A DNA stretch of 47,834 nt from Pirellulales bacterium (lineage in GTDB: Bacteria > Planctomycetota > Planctomycetia > Pirellulales > UBA1268): positions 1 to 47,834 of the forward strand of contig JBBAVU010000001.1 in assembly GCA_040397565.1 (NCBI GenBank), read 5' to 3'. Below, piece after piece: positions 33,481 through 42,600 of this stretch. Each line of letters begins with the position of its first letter. Within the stretch, counting starts at the first letter, position 1. The notes under the pieces are model-generated. The model was not told the origin of the DNA. It did no database searches and saw only the letters and a program-made list of their open reading frames with translations. Position numbers and translations under genes: made by a program.

Positions 33481-36012
33481 TCAGCGATCGGCGTAGACGC
33501 GGGTGACCTCTTCCTTCGTGATCGGCGACTGGCTGTCGTCGCTTGTCACCTGCACCTGCACCCGCTGGTCTCCCTCGCGGCGGCCGCGGACGCGGATCCG
33601 ATAGACCGACTCCTGCGCCGGGGCGAGGTTCGCCAGCGGCTCGAACAGGATGGTGAGATTCTCGATGCGGTGCGCCGCCGGGCCCTTGGCGTCCACCGGC
33701 TCGAGGTCGCCGAGCAGCGTGGCCGTGACGCGGACGCCGGTGGCCGCCTTCGTGCCCTGGTTGCCCACCCGCACGACGTACTCGGTGATCCCGTCGACCT
33801 CGATCGGATCCTCGCTGTCACCCACCTCGAAGAGCAGTGCTGCGAGGCCCTCGACCTCGACCGTGTGCGTCACCTGCGCCGCGAGGCCGTCAGCCGAACG
33901 GGCGGCCGCCGCGATTCGCTGCGGACCGAGCGCCGTCGGCACGAGCACCATCTCCACGCTGCCGACCTCGGCGGCCGGGAGCTGCTCGAGGTGCCACAGC
34001 ACCCGGTGGCTCGACTCCTCGTAGTAGCCGGCGTTGTTCGCCCGCAGGAATTTCATGCCGGGCGGCAACTGCGCGGCCAGCTCGATCGCGTTGGCGGGCG
34101 CGGTCCCGGCGTTGTTCATCGAGAGGACGCAGGTGACCGGCCGCTGCAGGTAGCGGCGACTCGGCATGTTCGCCGCGAGCTCGAGCGTCGGCGCCGTCAC
34201 CTCCAACCGCACCGCCTGTTCGGTCTCGATCCTGCCGTCGGCCCGGGCCGAGAGCTTGAGCGTCTGCACGCCCGGGTGCGTCGAGACGAGCTGGAGGTCG
34301 ATCGTGCGCGCCTCGCCCGGCCGCAGGCGGCCCACGTCATATTCGAGCGCCGGGCCCGAAGTGTGGGTGAAGCCCGTGGGAACGTTCCCCTCGAGCACGA
34401 CGCCCGTCGCCTCCCCCGTGCCGGGATTGCGGACGGTGATCGAAAGCCCGACCGTGGAACCGACGAGGACGGCCTTCGGGTTCTCCGCCTCGATCGCGAG
34501 GTCGGCGCGAGTGGCGACCGACCGCACCGAGGCGTCGGCCCGAAAGCTCACGCTCGCCACGCTGCCGACCTCTCCTTCCTCGACCGGCATCACCTCCATC
34601 GCCACGCGGGCCTGCCCGCCCTGCGGCAGACTGCCGAGCGTCCAGACGAGTTGACCGGCCTCTCCGGGCGCAGCCGGCGGGGAGGTGCTCACGAGCCTCG
34701 TGCCGAGCGGAACCCGGTCGCGGAGCGTCACGTCGTGAGCCGATACGCCGCCGACGTTGCGGACGACCATGTCGTACCGGGCAACCTTGCCGACCTGGAC
34801 CTCGCGTGGGCCGCGCTTCTCGATCGTGAGCTGCGGCGTCTGAACGCCCTCGAGTTGGATGGGTCCCGGCCTGCCGTCTGCCTGGACAGGTCCGTCCATG
34901 GCCGCGGCGGGAAGCGACTGCGAAACGTCGGCGACAGCGGGCTGACCGGCCGCCGCCGGCGGCGCGGTCGGCGCGGGCGTGACCACGGGTGCACCGCCAA
35001 ACCCTCGTGTGACGTCAGTGGACGCGATTCGATCCTGCGGCGGGCGGTCGGCGGGCGGCATGTCAGGTGAGGTGCGGGTGGCGACCGGTCCCGCCGCGGC
35101 ACCACCGGGTGGCGTCACCGGCACCGGTGCCTCGGGATCCTCGAACGGCGAAGCAGCAGGCGTCGCCGTCGGCTTGGGTGCCGGGGGTTGCATCGGGGCG
35201 AGCGCGGCGGCGAACGTCGACTCGAGTGGTGGCGATCGAAGCGGGGGCGGCGGCGCAGCGGCCACGGCGGACGGCGCGGCAGCGACCGGCACTGGGTTGA
35301 CGGGCGGGGGGGCAACCGGTGCGGCAGGCATGGGTGCCGCCGCGACCGGCGGGGGAGCGTCGGCCGGCGGCTCCTGGGCCGGTGCCTCGTCGGTGGCGGT
35401 CGTCGTTTCCTGCGACCGTGCGATCTCGCCACCACCATCGGCCGAGATGAGCAGTGGTCCCGGCTCGGCGACCGCATCCAACGCATCCACCGCGTCCACG
35501 GCATCGACCGCGTCGGTGAAGTCGGCCGCATCGGCCACGTCGGCCGCATCGTCCCCCTTGGCCGAGACGGTCTGTGCGACGGGCTCCGCCGCGGTCTCAG
35601 GCAGTGGCTCGGAAGCGACCTCGGAAAACTTCGAGAACCCCGCCGGAGCCGCCTTCGGGGCGGGGTCTTCCGCGACGGCCTCGACTGCGGCCGGCGTCGC
35701 CTCGAATCGCCCCGGTCGTGGCCTGTCGAGCGGCACCCGTTCGATCTCGGCCGCCTGTTCGGTGGCCGCCGGCGCGAAGAACCGCGGCGATGACGATTCG
35801 GGCGCGAGATCCGGAATCGTCCGGCCGAGGCCACTGGCAAAGACGACGGCGAATCCAGCGGCGGCGCTCGCGATCGCCCCACAGACGAGGAGCGGCCCGT
35901 TCGAGGAGCGGGGCTTCACGACGAGCGACTGCCGCGAGGGCGGCGGCACGGGGCGGTTTGCGGCCGCGGGCTTTTCGGCGCTCCCGCTTGCCGATTCGGC
36001 ATGTTCGGACAT
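33481..36012 (-). CDS. Membrane-anchored DUF11 (conserved repeat domain) protein with a long Pro/Ala-rich linker
   Basis: ATG at 36012 is preceded by GGAAGGA. There is a TM segment (LLVCGAIASAAAGFAVVFASGL) and a ~300 aa P/A-rich region. Repeated DUF11-type modules follow (V.VRN.G...A..V.L.D.+P.G...V; e.g. YDMVVRNVGGVSAHDVTLRDRVPLGTRLV and ITVRNPGTGEATGVVLEGNVPTGF). Confidence 0.8.
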   Translation of the reverse strand: MSEHAESASGSAEKPAAANRPVPPPSRQSLVVKPRSSNGPLLVCGAIASAAAGFAVVFASGLGRTIPDLAPESSSPRFFAPAATEQAAEIERVPLDRPRPGRFEATPAAVEAVAEDPAPKAAPAGFSKFSEVASEPLPETAAEPVAQTVSAKGDDAADVADAADFTDAVDAVDAVDALDAVAEPGPLLISADGGGEIARSQETTTATDEAPAQEPPADAPPPVAAAPMPAAPVAPPPVNPVPVAAAPSAVAAAPPPPLRSPPLESTFAAALAPMQPPAPKPTATPAASPFEDPEAPVPVTPPGGAAAGPVATRTSPDMPPADRPPQDRIASTDVTRGFGGAPVVTPAPTAPPAAAGQPAVADVSQSLPAAAMDGPVQADGRPGPIQLEGVQTPQLTIEKRGPREVQVGKVARYDMVVRNVGGVSAHDVTLRDRVPLGTRLVSTSPPAAPGEAGQLVWTLGSLPQGGQARVAMEVMPVEEGEVGSVASVSFRADASVRSVATRADLAIEAENPKAVLVGSTVGLSITVRNPGTGEATGVVLEGNVPTGFTHTSGPALEYDVGRLRPGEARTIDLQLVSTHPGVQTLKLSARADGRIETEQAVRLEVTAPTLELAANMPSRRYLQRPVTCVLSMNNAGTAPANAIELAAQLPPGMKFLRANNAGYYEESSHRVLWHLEQLPAAEVGSVEMVLVPTALGPQRIAAAARSADGLAAQVTHTVEVEGLAALLFEVGDSEDPIEVDGITEYVVRVGNQGTKAATGVRVTATLLGDLEPVDAKGPAAHRIENLTILFEPLANLAPAQESVYRIRVRGRREGDQRVQVQVTSDDSQSPITKEEVTRVYADR

Positions 36013-36108
36013 GGGCGGTCCTTCCGCGGATGCGGAACTCCTTCCGGTCAGCGGGAAGTAGCAGACGCCCGGCGGACGGAGAAGGGCATTCCCGGACGGC
36101 ACGGGATA

Positions 36109-37008
36109 TCAGGCCGTCTCGAGAACCTGGCGAAGATGGAAATGAAACTTTCCGAGCCTGCCGCCGTAATTTCCGGCGGATATGGCGAGCACGTCCGGTG
36201 CGGCGGCCGCCCGCATGCCGGCGGCCATCGACTCGGCGACGGTCGATTCGTCCACGCAATCGATGACGATTTCGAGCGCGGCAGCGGCTCCCTCCACGAG
36301 TTCGGTCGCCACACGGCCGACGAGTCCGGGGCAGAAAGCGTCGTTGGTGCTCGCCTTGAGGCCCGGGTAGCGGGAGCCCACCTTGCTCCCCGAACGGACG
36401 ACGCCTCCCGGAAACGGCGTGATCGATCCGCGAATCGCCGCAATCGCCTCGACGGCCCTCCGGGCCGCCGCGAGCGCCGACTCGAGCGACGACGACTGGA
36501 GGATGAAGTTGCCGCCTCCCACTCCCTTGTCCACGCCGATCGATTCCTCGACCACGAACTCGCCATCCATGACGGGCACCCGCCAGTACCGCCGCCCGTC
36601 GATGACCTTCGTCTTTTCGAACCCGTCGCCGAAGTAGCGGAGATGTCCGCCGAGCGGGAACCGCTCCCCGCCCTCCGGCAAACCGTCGAAGAGGCTCGTC
36701 GTCGGACAGGTGAGCAGGCATTGCGCTGCTCGGTTGGCGACCGCCCTGGCGACGCCCTCGGCGGAGAATCCGAAGGCGAGGATCGACGCGCCGGGGCGAC
36801 CATCGGGCGTCGATGCAGGGGGCATCCATGCCTCGACCCCGATCTCGGCGTCGCAGCCGATCACGCTCGTGCCGTAGCCGCAGGCGGCCGCGACGGCTGC
36901 CTCGAGCCAATGCCGATCGTGCGCCGTCACGACGATTCGGGCGTACCGCAGCCGAAACGCCTCGGCGAACGTGTCCGCGATTACCGTCGTCCCAAGCTTC
37001 ATGGCCAT
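36109..37008 (-). CDS. ftr: Formylmethanofuran--tetrahydromethanopterin N-formyltransferase (Ftr / FhcD-like)
   Basis: Collinear, from memory, with archaeal Ftr: IADTFAEAF..., GYGTSVIGC.AE.G, TPDGRPG, RYFGDGF, WRVPVMDGEFVVEES, GGGNF, PFPGGVVRSGSKVGS, ASTNDAFCP and ISAGNYGGRLG. The start is ATG 37008 or 37002. The ORF-track TTG start at 37173 is unlikely. Confidence 0.85.
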   Translation of the reverse strand: MAMKLGTTVIADTFAEAFRLRYARIVVTAHDRHWLEAAVAAACGYGTSVIGCDAEIGVEAWMPPASTPDGRPGASILAFGFSAEGVARAVANRAAQCLLTCPTTSLFDGLPEGGERFPLGGHLRYFGDGFEKTKVIDGRRYWRVPVMDGEFVVEESIGVDKGVGGGNFILQSSSLESALAAARRAVEAIAAIRGSITPFPGGVVRSGSKVGSRYPGLKASTNDAFCPGLVGRVATELVEGAAAALEIVIDCVDESTVAESMAAGMRAAAAPDVLAISAGNYGGRLGKFHFHLRQVLETA

Positions 37009-37188
37009 TTGTTTCCGTGTCTGGCCGGACGCTACACGCTGCCGATCGGCTCCGCAAGCGCCGCAAGGCTTGCCCAAGATACCCGCCATGCCATCGATGA
37101 ATAACGACAAAAACCTCAACGCCGAGGGTTGAGCGGCCCGGCGGCCACTTGGTAGGTTCACGTCATCCGCCAACCCGAGAGATCTCCC

Positions 37189-39579
37189 ATGCCCCGCCCC
37201 ATCCGCCGTCGTTCTTCCATCGCCCTCCTGCTCGTGGCCAGCTCCGCGTGGCTCGCCCTCGCCGGGCCGATCTCCGCCGACGATTCGATCGCCAAGCTCG
37301 CCGCGGCCAGGGTGCCGAAGGACGCGGTGTTCCTCTCGTCGTCGCTGCGGCTGCGGGAGCAGGCCGAACGGTTCATCGGGAGCCGGGCCTTCGCGGCGCT
37401 CCGCGGGCTGCCGTCGGTGAAGCGGGCGATGGAGGCCTTCGAGGAACAGAAGTCGCTCCCAGGGAATCCGCTCGCCCTCGCCTCGGTGTTCCTGGAGCTG
37501 CCGGAGAACCAGCAGGCCGTCGAGGTGCTCGCCGATCTCGTCTCCAACGACAGCTTCGTCTACGGCGAGCCCTCATGCGTCACGCTCACGGATCTGTTCC
37601 GAAAGCTGCAGACGGCCAACCAGGTCGCCGGCGTCGTGCAGATGGTCGGGGGGAGATCCCGAGGCGACGGGCTGGGAATCGAACTGGACATCGATCTCGG
37701 GAACGGCGACGACGAGGACGAGGACGAGGACGACGAAGAAGATGATGCCGACGAGGACGACGGCGCCAGACACGGCCCCCGCCGCGGACTCCAGGTGCGG
37801 CCGGTCCGCTTCCGCGCCGCAACCGCCGAGGCGGAGTCGCTCGAAGACGTCTCGGCGGACGAGCTCCGCGGCAAGCTCCTCGTCGCCACGCTCGTCGACA
37901 ACCTCGACCAGATCGTCGTGCCCGACATCGTCTGGGGGTTCAAGGTCGGCAAGAAGGACGCCGCGACGACGCAGCTGAAGCGGCTCGAGGGTGTTCTCAA
38001 GCTCGCGGTCACGGCCGTTCCCGAACTCGCCAAGTCGCTCGACCGGCAGGACGTCGCCGGCCACGAGTTCGTGACGTTCACGGTGACCGGAGAGATGGTG
38101 CCGTGGGACGACCTCGACGTCGGCCGCCTTGCGGAAGACTCCGACGATTTCGAGAAGGTGCTCGACAAGCTGCGTTCGCTGCGGCTCGTGATCGCCATCG
38201 GACTCATCGACGACCGCGTGATCCTGTCGATCGGCGACTCGCTCGACCACCTCAAGAAACTCGCGGCCACGGACCCGGCGGACGGCCTGCTCGCGACCCT
38301 TCCCTTCAAGCCGCTGGGTGACGTCGCCGGCAAGAAGCTCACCGGCATCTCGTACATGAGCGAATCGCTCGCCCGCGTGGGCACCCCCTCGGTCGACTAC
38401 CTGCGGCAGCTGGCATCGATGAGCGGCCGGCTCGCGAAGTCGGCGGGCGTGCCCGACGCGGAAGATGACGTCCGCAGGCTGCTCACGAAGATCGCCGACG
38501 ACAGCGAGAAGCGGCTGCCCGTCGCCGGCCCCTGGATGGCCTACGCCATCCTCGGCGAGAGCGGCTACGAGGGAGCCGCGTGGGACTGGTCGAAGAACGT
38601 CCCACTCGACGGCGGCAAGCCACTCTCGCTGCTCTCGCACACGGGCGGCTCACCACTGGCCGCAGCCGTGATCCGCGCGAAGAACGACCCGGCGCAGTTC
38701 GACGAGATGGTCTCCTGGGTCGACGGCGGCCGGGGGATCGTCGAGAAGAGCCTGAAGGACCAGGATCGCCGCGAGTTCGGCCAATTCGTGAAGACGTTCG
38801 GCCCGCTCGTGTCGAAGCTGGCCGAGATCGTTCGCGCGAAGCTCCTTCCCTCGCTCGCCGACGGGCAGGTCGGATTCGTCATCGACGCGCAGAGCCGCGT
38901 CAAGCGGCTCCACGAGGATCTGCCGGCAGCCGCCGAACCGCTGCCGCTCACGGAGCCTGCGATCGTGCTCGGAGTCTCCGACCCGAAGGTGTTCCAGGAC
39001 GGCATCAACGACCTGTTCGACCTCGCCGACGAGCTCATCGACACGGTGCGTCGTTTCTCGCCGAACTCGGTGCCCGAGGGCTACCGCATCCCCGATCCGG
39101 AGCGGAAGAAGACGGACGCGGGCACGATCTGGTCGTTCGCGATTCCCAAGTCGGGACTCGACGCACAGATCCGGCCTTCGATCGCGCTCGGCTCGGATGC
39201 GGTCGCGCTGACGCTCGTGCCCGCGCAGGCCGAGCGGTTGCTCGAGAAGAAGCCGTTGAAGACGACGGTCGATTCCGGCGGGTTCGAGAAGCCCCTCGCC
39301 GTGGCGGCGGCCTTCGACAACGAGCGGCTCGTCAAGGCGATCGAGCCCTGGGTCGCCTATGGCATCCGCTACGCCGCCGCCTGGCGGCGTGACGGCGACG
39401 TCGACGCCGCCGAGACGCTCGACGCCGACGACGAGGATGAGTCGACCAAGGACATCCTCGCCCAGGTGAAGGTCGTCTTCGACGTGCTCGAGTGTTTCAA
39501 GGGTGCCGCGGCCGAGACGTCGGTCGAGAAGGACGCCCGCGTCACCCGCTGGAAGAACGCGATCCGCGACCTGCCGTGA
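37189..39579 (+). CDS. Secreted hypothetical protein (796 aa) with an internal poly-acidic tract
   Basis: Signal peptide MPRPIRRRSSIALLLVASSAWLALAGPISA. High GC3 and protein-like composition throughout. D/E run DDEDEDEDDEEDDADEDD encoded at 37708-37761. I recognise no domain. Confidence 0.75.
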   Translation: MPRPIRRRSSIALLLVASSAWLALAGPISADDSIAKLAAARVPKDAVFLSSSLRLREQAERFIGSRAFAALRGLPSVKRAMEAFEEQKSLPGNPLALASVFLELPENQQAVEVLADLVSNDSFVYGEPSCVTLTDLFRKLQTANQVAGVVQMVGGRSRGDGLGIELDIDLGNGDDEDEDEDDEEDDADEDDGARHGPRRGLQVRPVRFRAATAEAESLEDVSADELRGKLLVATLVDNLDQIVVPDIVWGFKVGKKDAATTQLKRLEGVLKLAVTAVPELAKSLDRQDVAGHEFVTFTVTGEMVPWDDLDVGRLAEDSDDFEKVLDKLRSLRLVIAIGLIDDRVILSIGDSLDHLKKLAATDPADGLLATLPFKPLGDVAGKKLTGISYMSESLARVGTPSVDYLRQLASMSGRLAKSAGVPDAEDDVRRLLTKIADDSEKRLPVAGPWMAYAILGESGYEGAAWDWSKNVPLDGGKPLSLLSHTGGSPLAAAVIRAKNDPAQFDEMVSWVDGGRGIVEKSLKDQDRREFGQFVKTFGPLVSKLAEIVRAKLLPSLADGQVGFVIDAQSRVKRLHEDLPAAAEPLPLTEPAIVLGVSDPKVFQDGINDLFDLADELIDTVRRFSPNSVPEGYRIPDPERKKTDAGTIWSFAIPKSGLDAQIRPSIALGSDAVALTLVPAQAERLLEKKPLKTTVDSGGFEKPLAVAAAFDNERLVKAIEPWVAYGIRYAAAWRRDGDVDAAETLDADDEDESTKDILAQVKVVFDVLECFKGAAAETSVEKDARVTRWKNAIRDLP

Positions 39580-39602
39580 AGCGGTGACGCGACCCTCGAT
39601 CG

Positions 39603-42600
39603 CTAATACCGCCGCACCGACACCAGCCGACCGGTCTTCGGCTTGAGCTGCATGACCTGCGGGTTCGCAACCAGGATCGTGTGCCCGGCGTCGTTCTTCT
39701 TCTGTGTCCAGAGTTTCGGCTGCTCCTCAGGGTGGAGCACCCGGGTGCCGACCGACTGCTGCCAGGGCAGGTCGGGCACGAGCCCCAGCGCCGTCAGGTC
39801 GACGGCCAGCGGCACCTTTTTCGCCGCCTTCTCGTCGGTGTTGAACATGTGGATCACGATCCGGTCGGGCAGCTGCCAGACGCCGATCTGGATCGCCGGC
39901 TCGTCGCAGGTGACGCCTGGCAGCGGCTGGCCGGCCGCGACGTGCTTCGTCTCCTTCCGGACCATGCCGAAGTCGGCCACCGCGTCGGGCAGCTTTCCTT
40001 CCAGCCAGGCCGGCAGGGCCGCCGCGGCCCGGGAAGCCTCTGCGGCGTCCTGCCCGCCGATGCCGACGAGCACGAGCTCGTGCGGCGGCAGCCCCTTGAT
40101 CCGCACGCTGCCTGCCACAGCGTCGAACGCGACGGGCCCGACGCCGTTCGGCAACGCGTAGAGCGTGCGGGCGAACGCCCCTGCCGGGGCGACTCCGAGC
40201 GCCGCCAGATCGATCTTCAGATCTGCGTCCTTGGGCTTGCTGCCATCGAGGTTGAAGACGCCGAGCATGACGCGGTTTTCCGCCGGGATGTGCCAGAGCG
40301 AGACGAGCACGTCGCCGTCCGGGCCGGTCACGAAGGGATTTCGCCAGTAAGGGTGCCAGGCCACGCCGGCGGCGTTCACGCCCCAGTCCATCACTCGCTC
40401 CGGCATCCGGGCGAGTTGGCCGATGTAGGGATTCAGCCAGGAATCGTGCATCCATACCCAGTGCCCCTGCCGAATCTTGTGACGATCGACCTTCGCGGGT
40501 TCGCGGGCCTGCATGTTCGCCATCCAGCAGATGCCCAGGCCCCAGGCCTGGGGGACCGACATCGCCCGCATCCGCTCGACCGGCATGTTGTCCACCCAGT
40601 CGGTGGTCATCGAGTCGAGGTCCCAGATCCGCTCGCCGTCCAGCACGGCATCGGCCCACGGCATGGCGATTGGGATGTAGGCGTTGGTGGAGTGGAAGCC
40701 GATGCCCCCCGGCACGAGGCCGGCGTCGAGCTGCAGTGCGTGTAGCCGCATGAAGAACCGCCTCAGGTTCCAGCCGTTGTAGCCGCGCTGAATGCGGCCG
40801 TCGGGCAGCTCGTAGGCCAGGCCGCTGAGCGGGTTGTCGAATTGCATCGGGAAGGCGAGATCCCAGTAGGTGGACCGCACGCCGCCATCCTTGAAGGCCG
40901 GCTCGAAGAGCGTCATCGCGTAGTCGATGTAGGAGTCGTTCCAGGTGTCGGCCCCGGGATCCCATTCCGGACCGAAATAGTCGTACAGCTGATCCTCGAG
41001 CGACTTGCGCCCATATTGCATGATCTGAAACGACATGTGGGTGAAGTTGATTCCGTGCCGGGCGCCGAAGGGGTTCTGCAACTGGTTGGCTTCCGCATGG
41101 GCGTCGGCGGCCTTCTTCTGTTCGGCCCAGAGCGCCGGCCATTCCTCTGGATAGCGGGATTCGGGATGGATCCAGTTGACGTGCTGGCCCGGCGTGGCGA
41201 GCACCGGCTTGCCGGTCTTCGAATCCTTGCGCACCCCGCGGAAGGGCTCGAAGAACGTGTCGTCGGAGGTGCCGATGGCCGTGCGGAAGCCCTGCGGCAG
41301 CGGCTTGAACGGCGTGGAGTTGTAGCTGAAGGCGATCGTGCGCGGGCCGGAGATCTCCACCGGCCTGGCGACGACGTTGTTGCGGAACTCGACCACCGAG
41401 CGGTCCCCGCTCCGGGTTCGCACGGCCTCATGGGCCGGGACGGCATCGTCCTGCACCCAACCCTTGTCATTGTCGGCCCACCAGAGAAAGCCGCGTCGCT
41501 CGCTGCCGATCCAGACGGTCGGATAGAAGGAGCCGACGGTCATTTTCGAGCCGGAGCGGCCGGTGTCGAGTGTGGACCAGAGTCGGCCTTCCTTGTCGTC
41601 GGGCAGGAGCATCGTGGTCTTGCTCGAATAGTTCGCGTCCGGCCCGATGCAGAGCAGGGCATCGGCGTCAGTTTCGGCCAGCGGGTATTCGATCCGCAGG
41701 CCGTCGATCCGCACCGGCTCCTTGCCCTCGGGGCCGTAGGTGAACTCGACGTAGACGAGCCCGTCCTGCTCGAGTGAGCCCGTGGCGGTGAACACGAGCC
41801 CCGCCCCCGCGGCCTTGCCCGTGAAAGTCGTCCGCCAGTCCTTCTGCGCCGTGATCGTCGGCTTGCCGACCGGGATCACGGTCTCCTTGCCATCGGCCGT
41901 CACCACTATCCGCGCCGGCGCCGCCAGCACGGCCTCGCCCTGGGACCGCATAGCCACCGGCAGGCCCATCGCGTCGACGGCGTATTCCCGCCCGAGAACC
42001 ACGAAGCCGTCCACCTGCCCGCCCGCGTCGCCGGCCGCCGGCAACCGGCCGCCGCGCACGCCCGTGTAGGGGGCGAGCACCCGTTCGACGTCGCCGCATT
42101 TCCGGCCCCACCAGCGGGCGAACTCGCGGGCCTCGTCCTTCTTCTCCAACGTGCGGGAATACGGCCCGAGCGTGCGGCCGTCGGCCAGTTCCATCGACGC
42201 GTCGACCTGGTATGTACCTGCCGCGAGCGTCGGCAGCACGACGACATCCTCGAGGTAGAAGTCGTAGAGCCGCGTAATGCGGCCCTCGGCCACCGGCTTG
42301 TCCGCCCCCTTGGCCGAGACGCGATAGCGCAGGGCCTTGGCCTGGGCGGGGTCGGGCAGGTAGTAGGTGTCTCCCCCGATCCGCAGCAGCGATTTCAGAG
42401 GATTCCAGCTCGTGCGCCACTCGAAGGCGGTGGGATCGCGGGGCTTCACGGCCGCGAGCATCGTGCCGTTGAACTTGCCCACGTCGAAGCGGCTGTAGTA
42501 CTGGAGGAGCTGCCGTTCGCCCTGGAGCACGCGAACCTGCACCTCCCCCTTCTTCACATCGGCGGGGAGTTTCTCGTCGAGCGCCACCTTGCTGGCCGAG

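Noticed and set aside
35597-37104. 489 aa minus-strand and 367 aa plus-strand ORFs spanning the DUF11 5' end and ftr
   Set aside because: They overlap the well-supported ftr frame and the DUF11 gene, and their composition is Arg-rich and artefactual.
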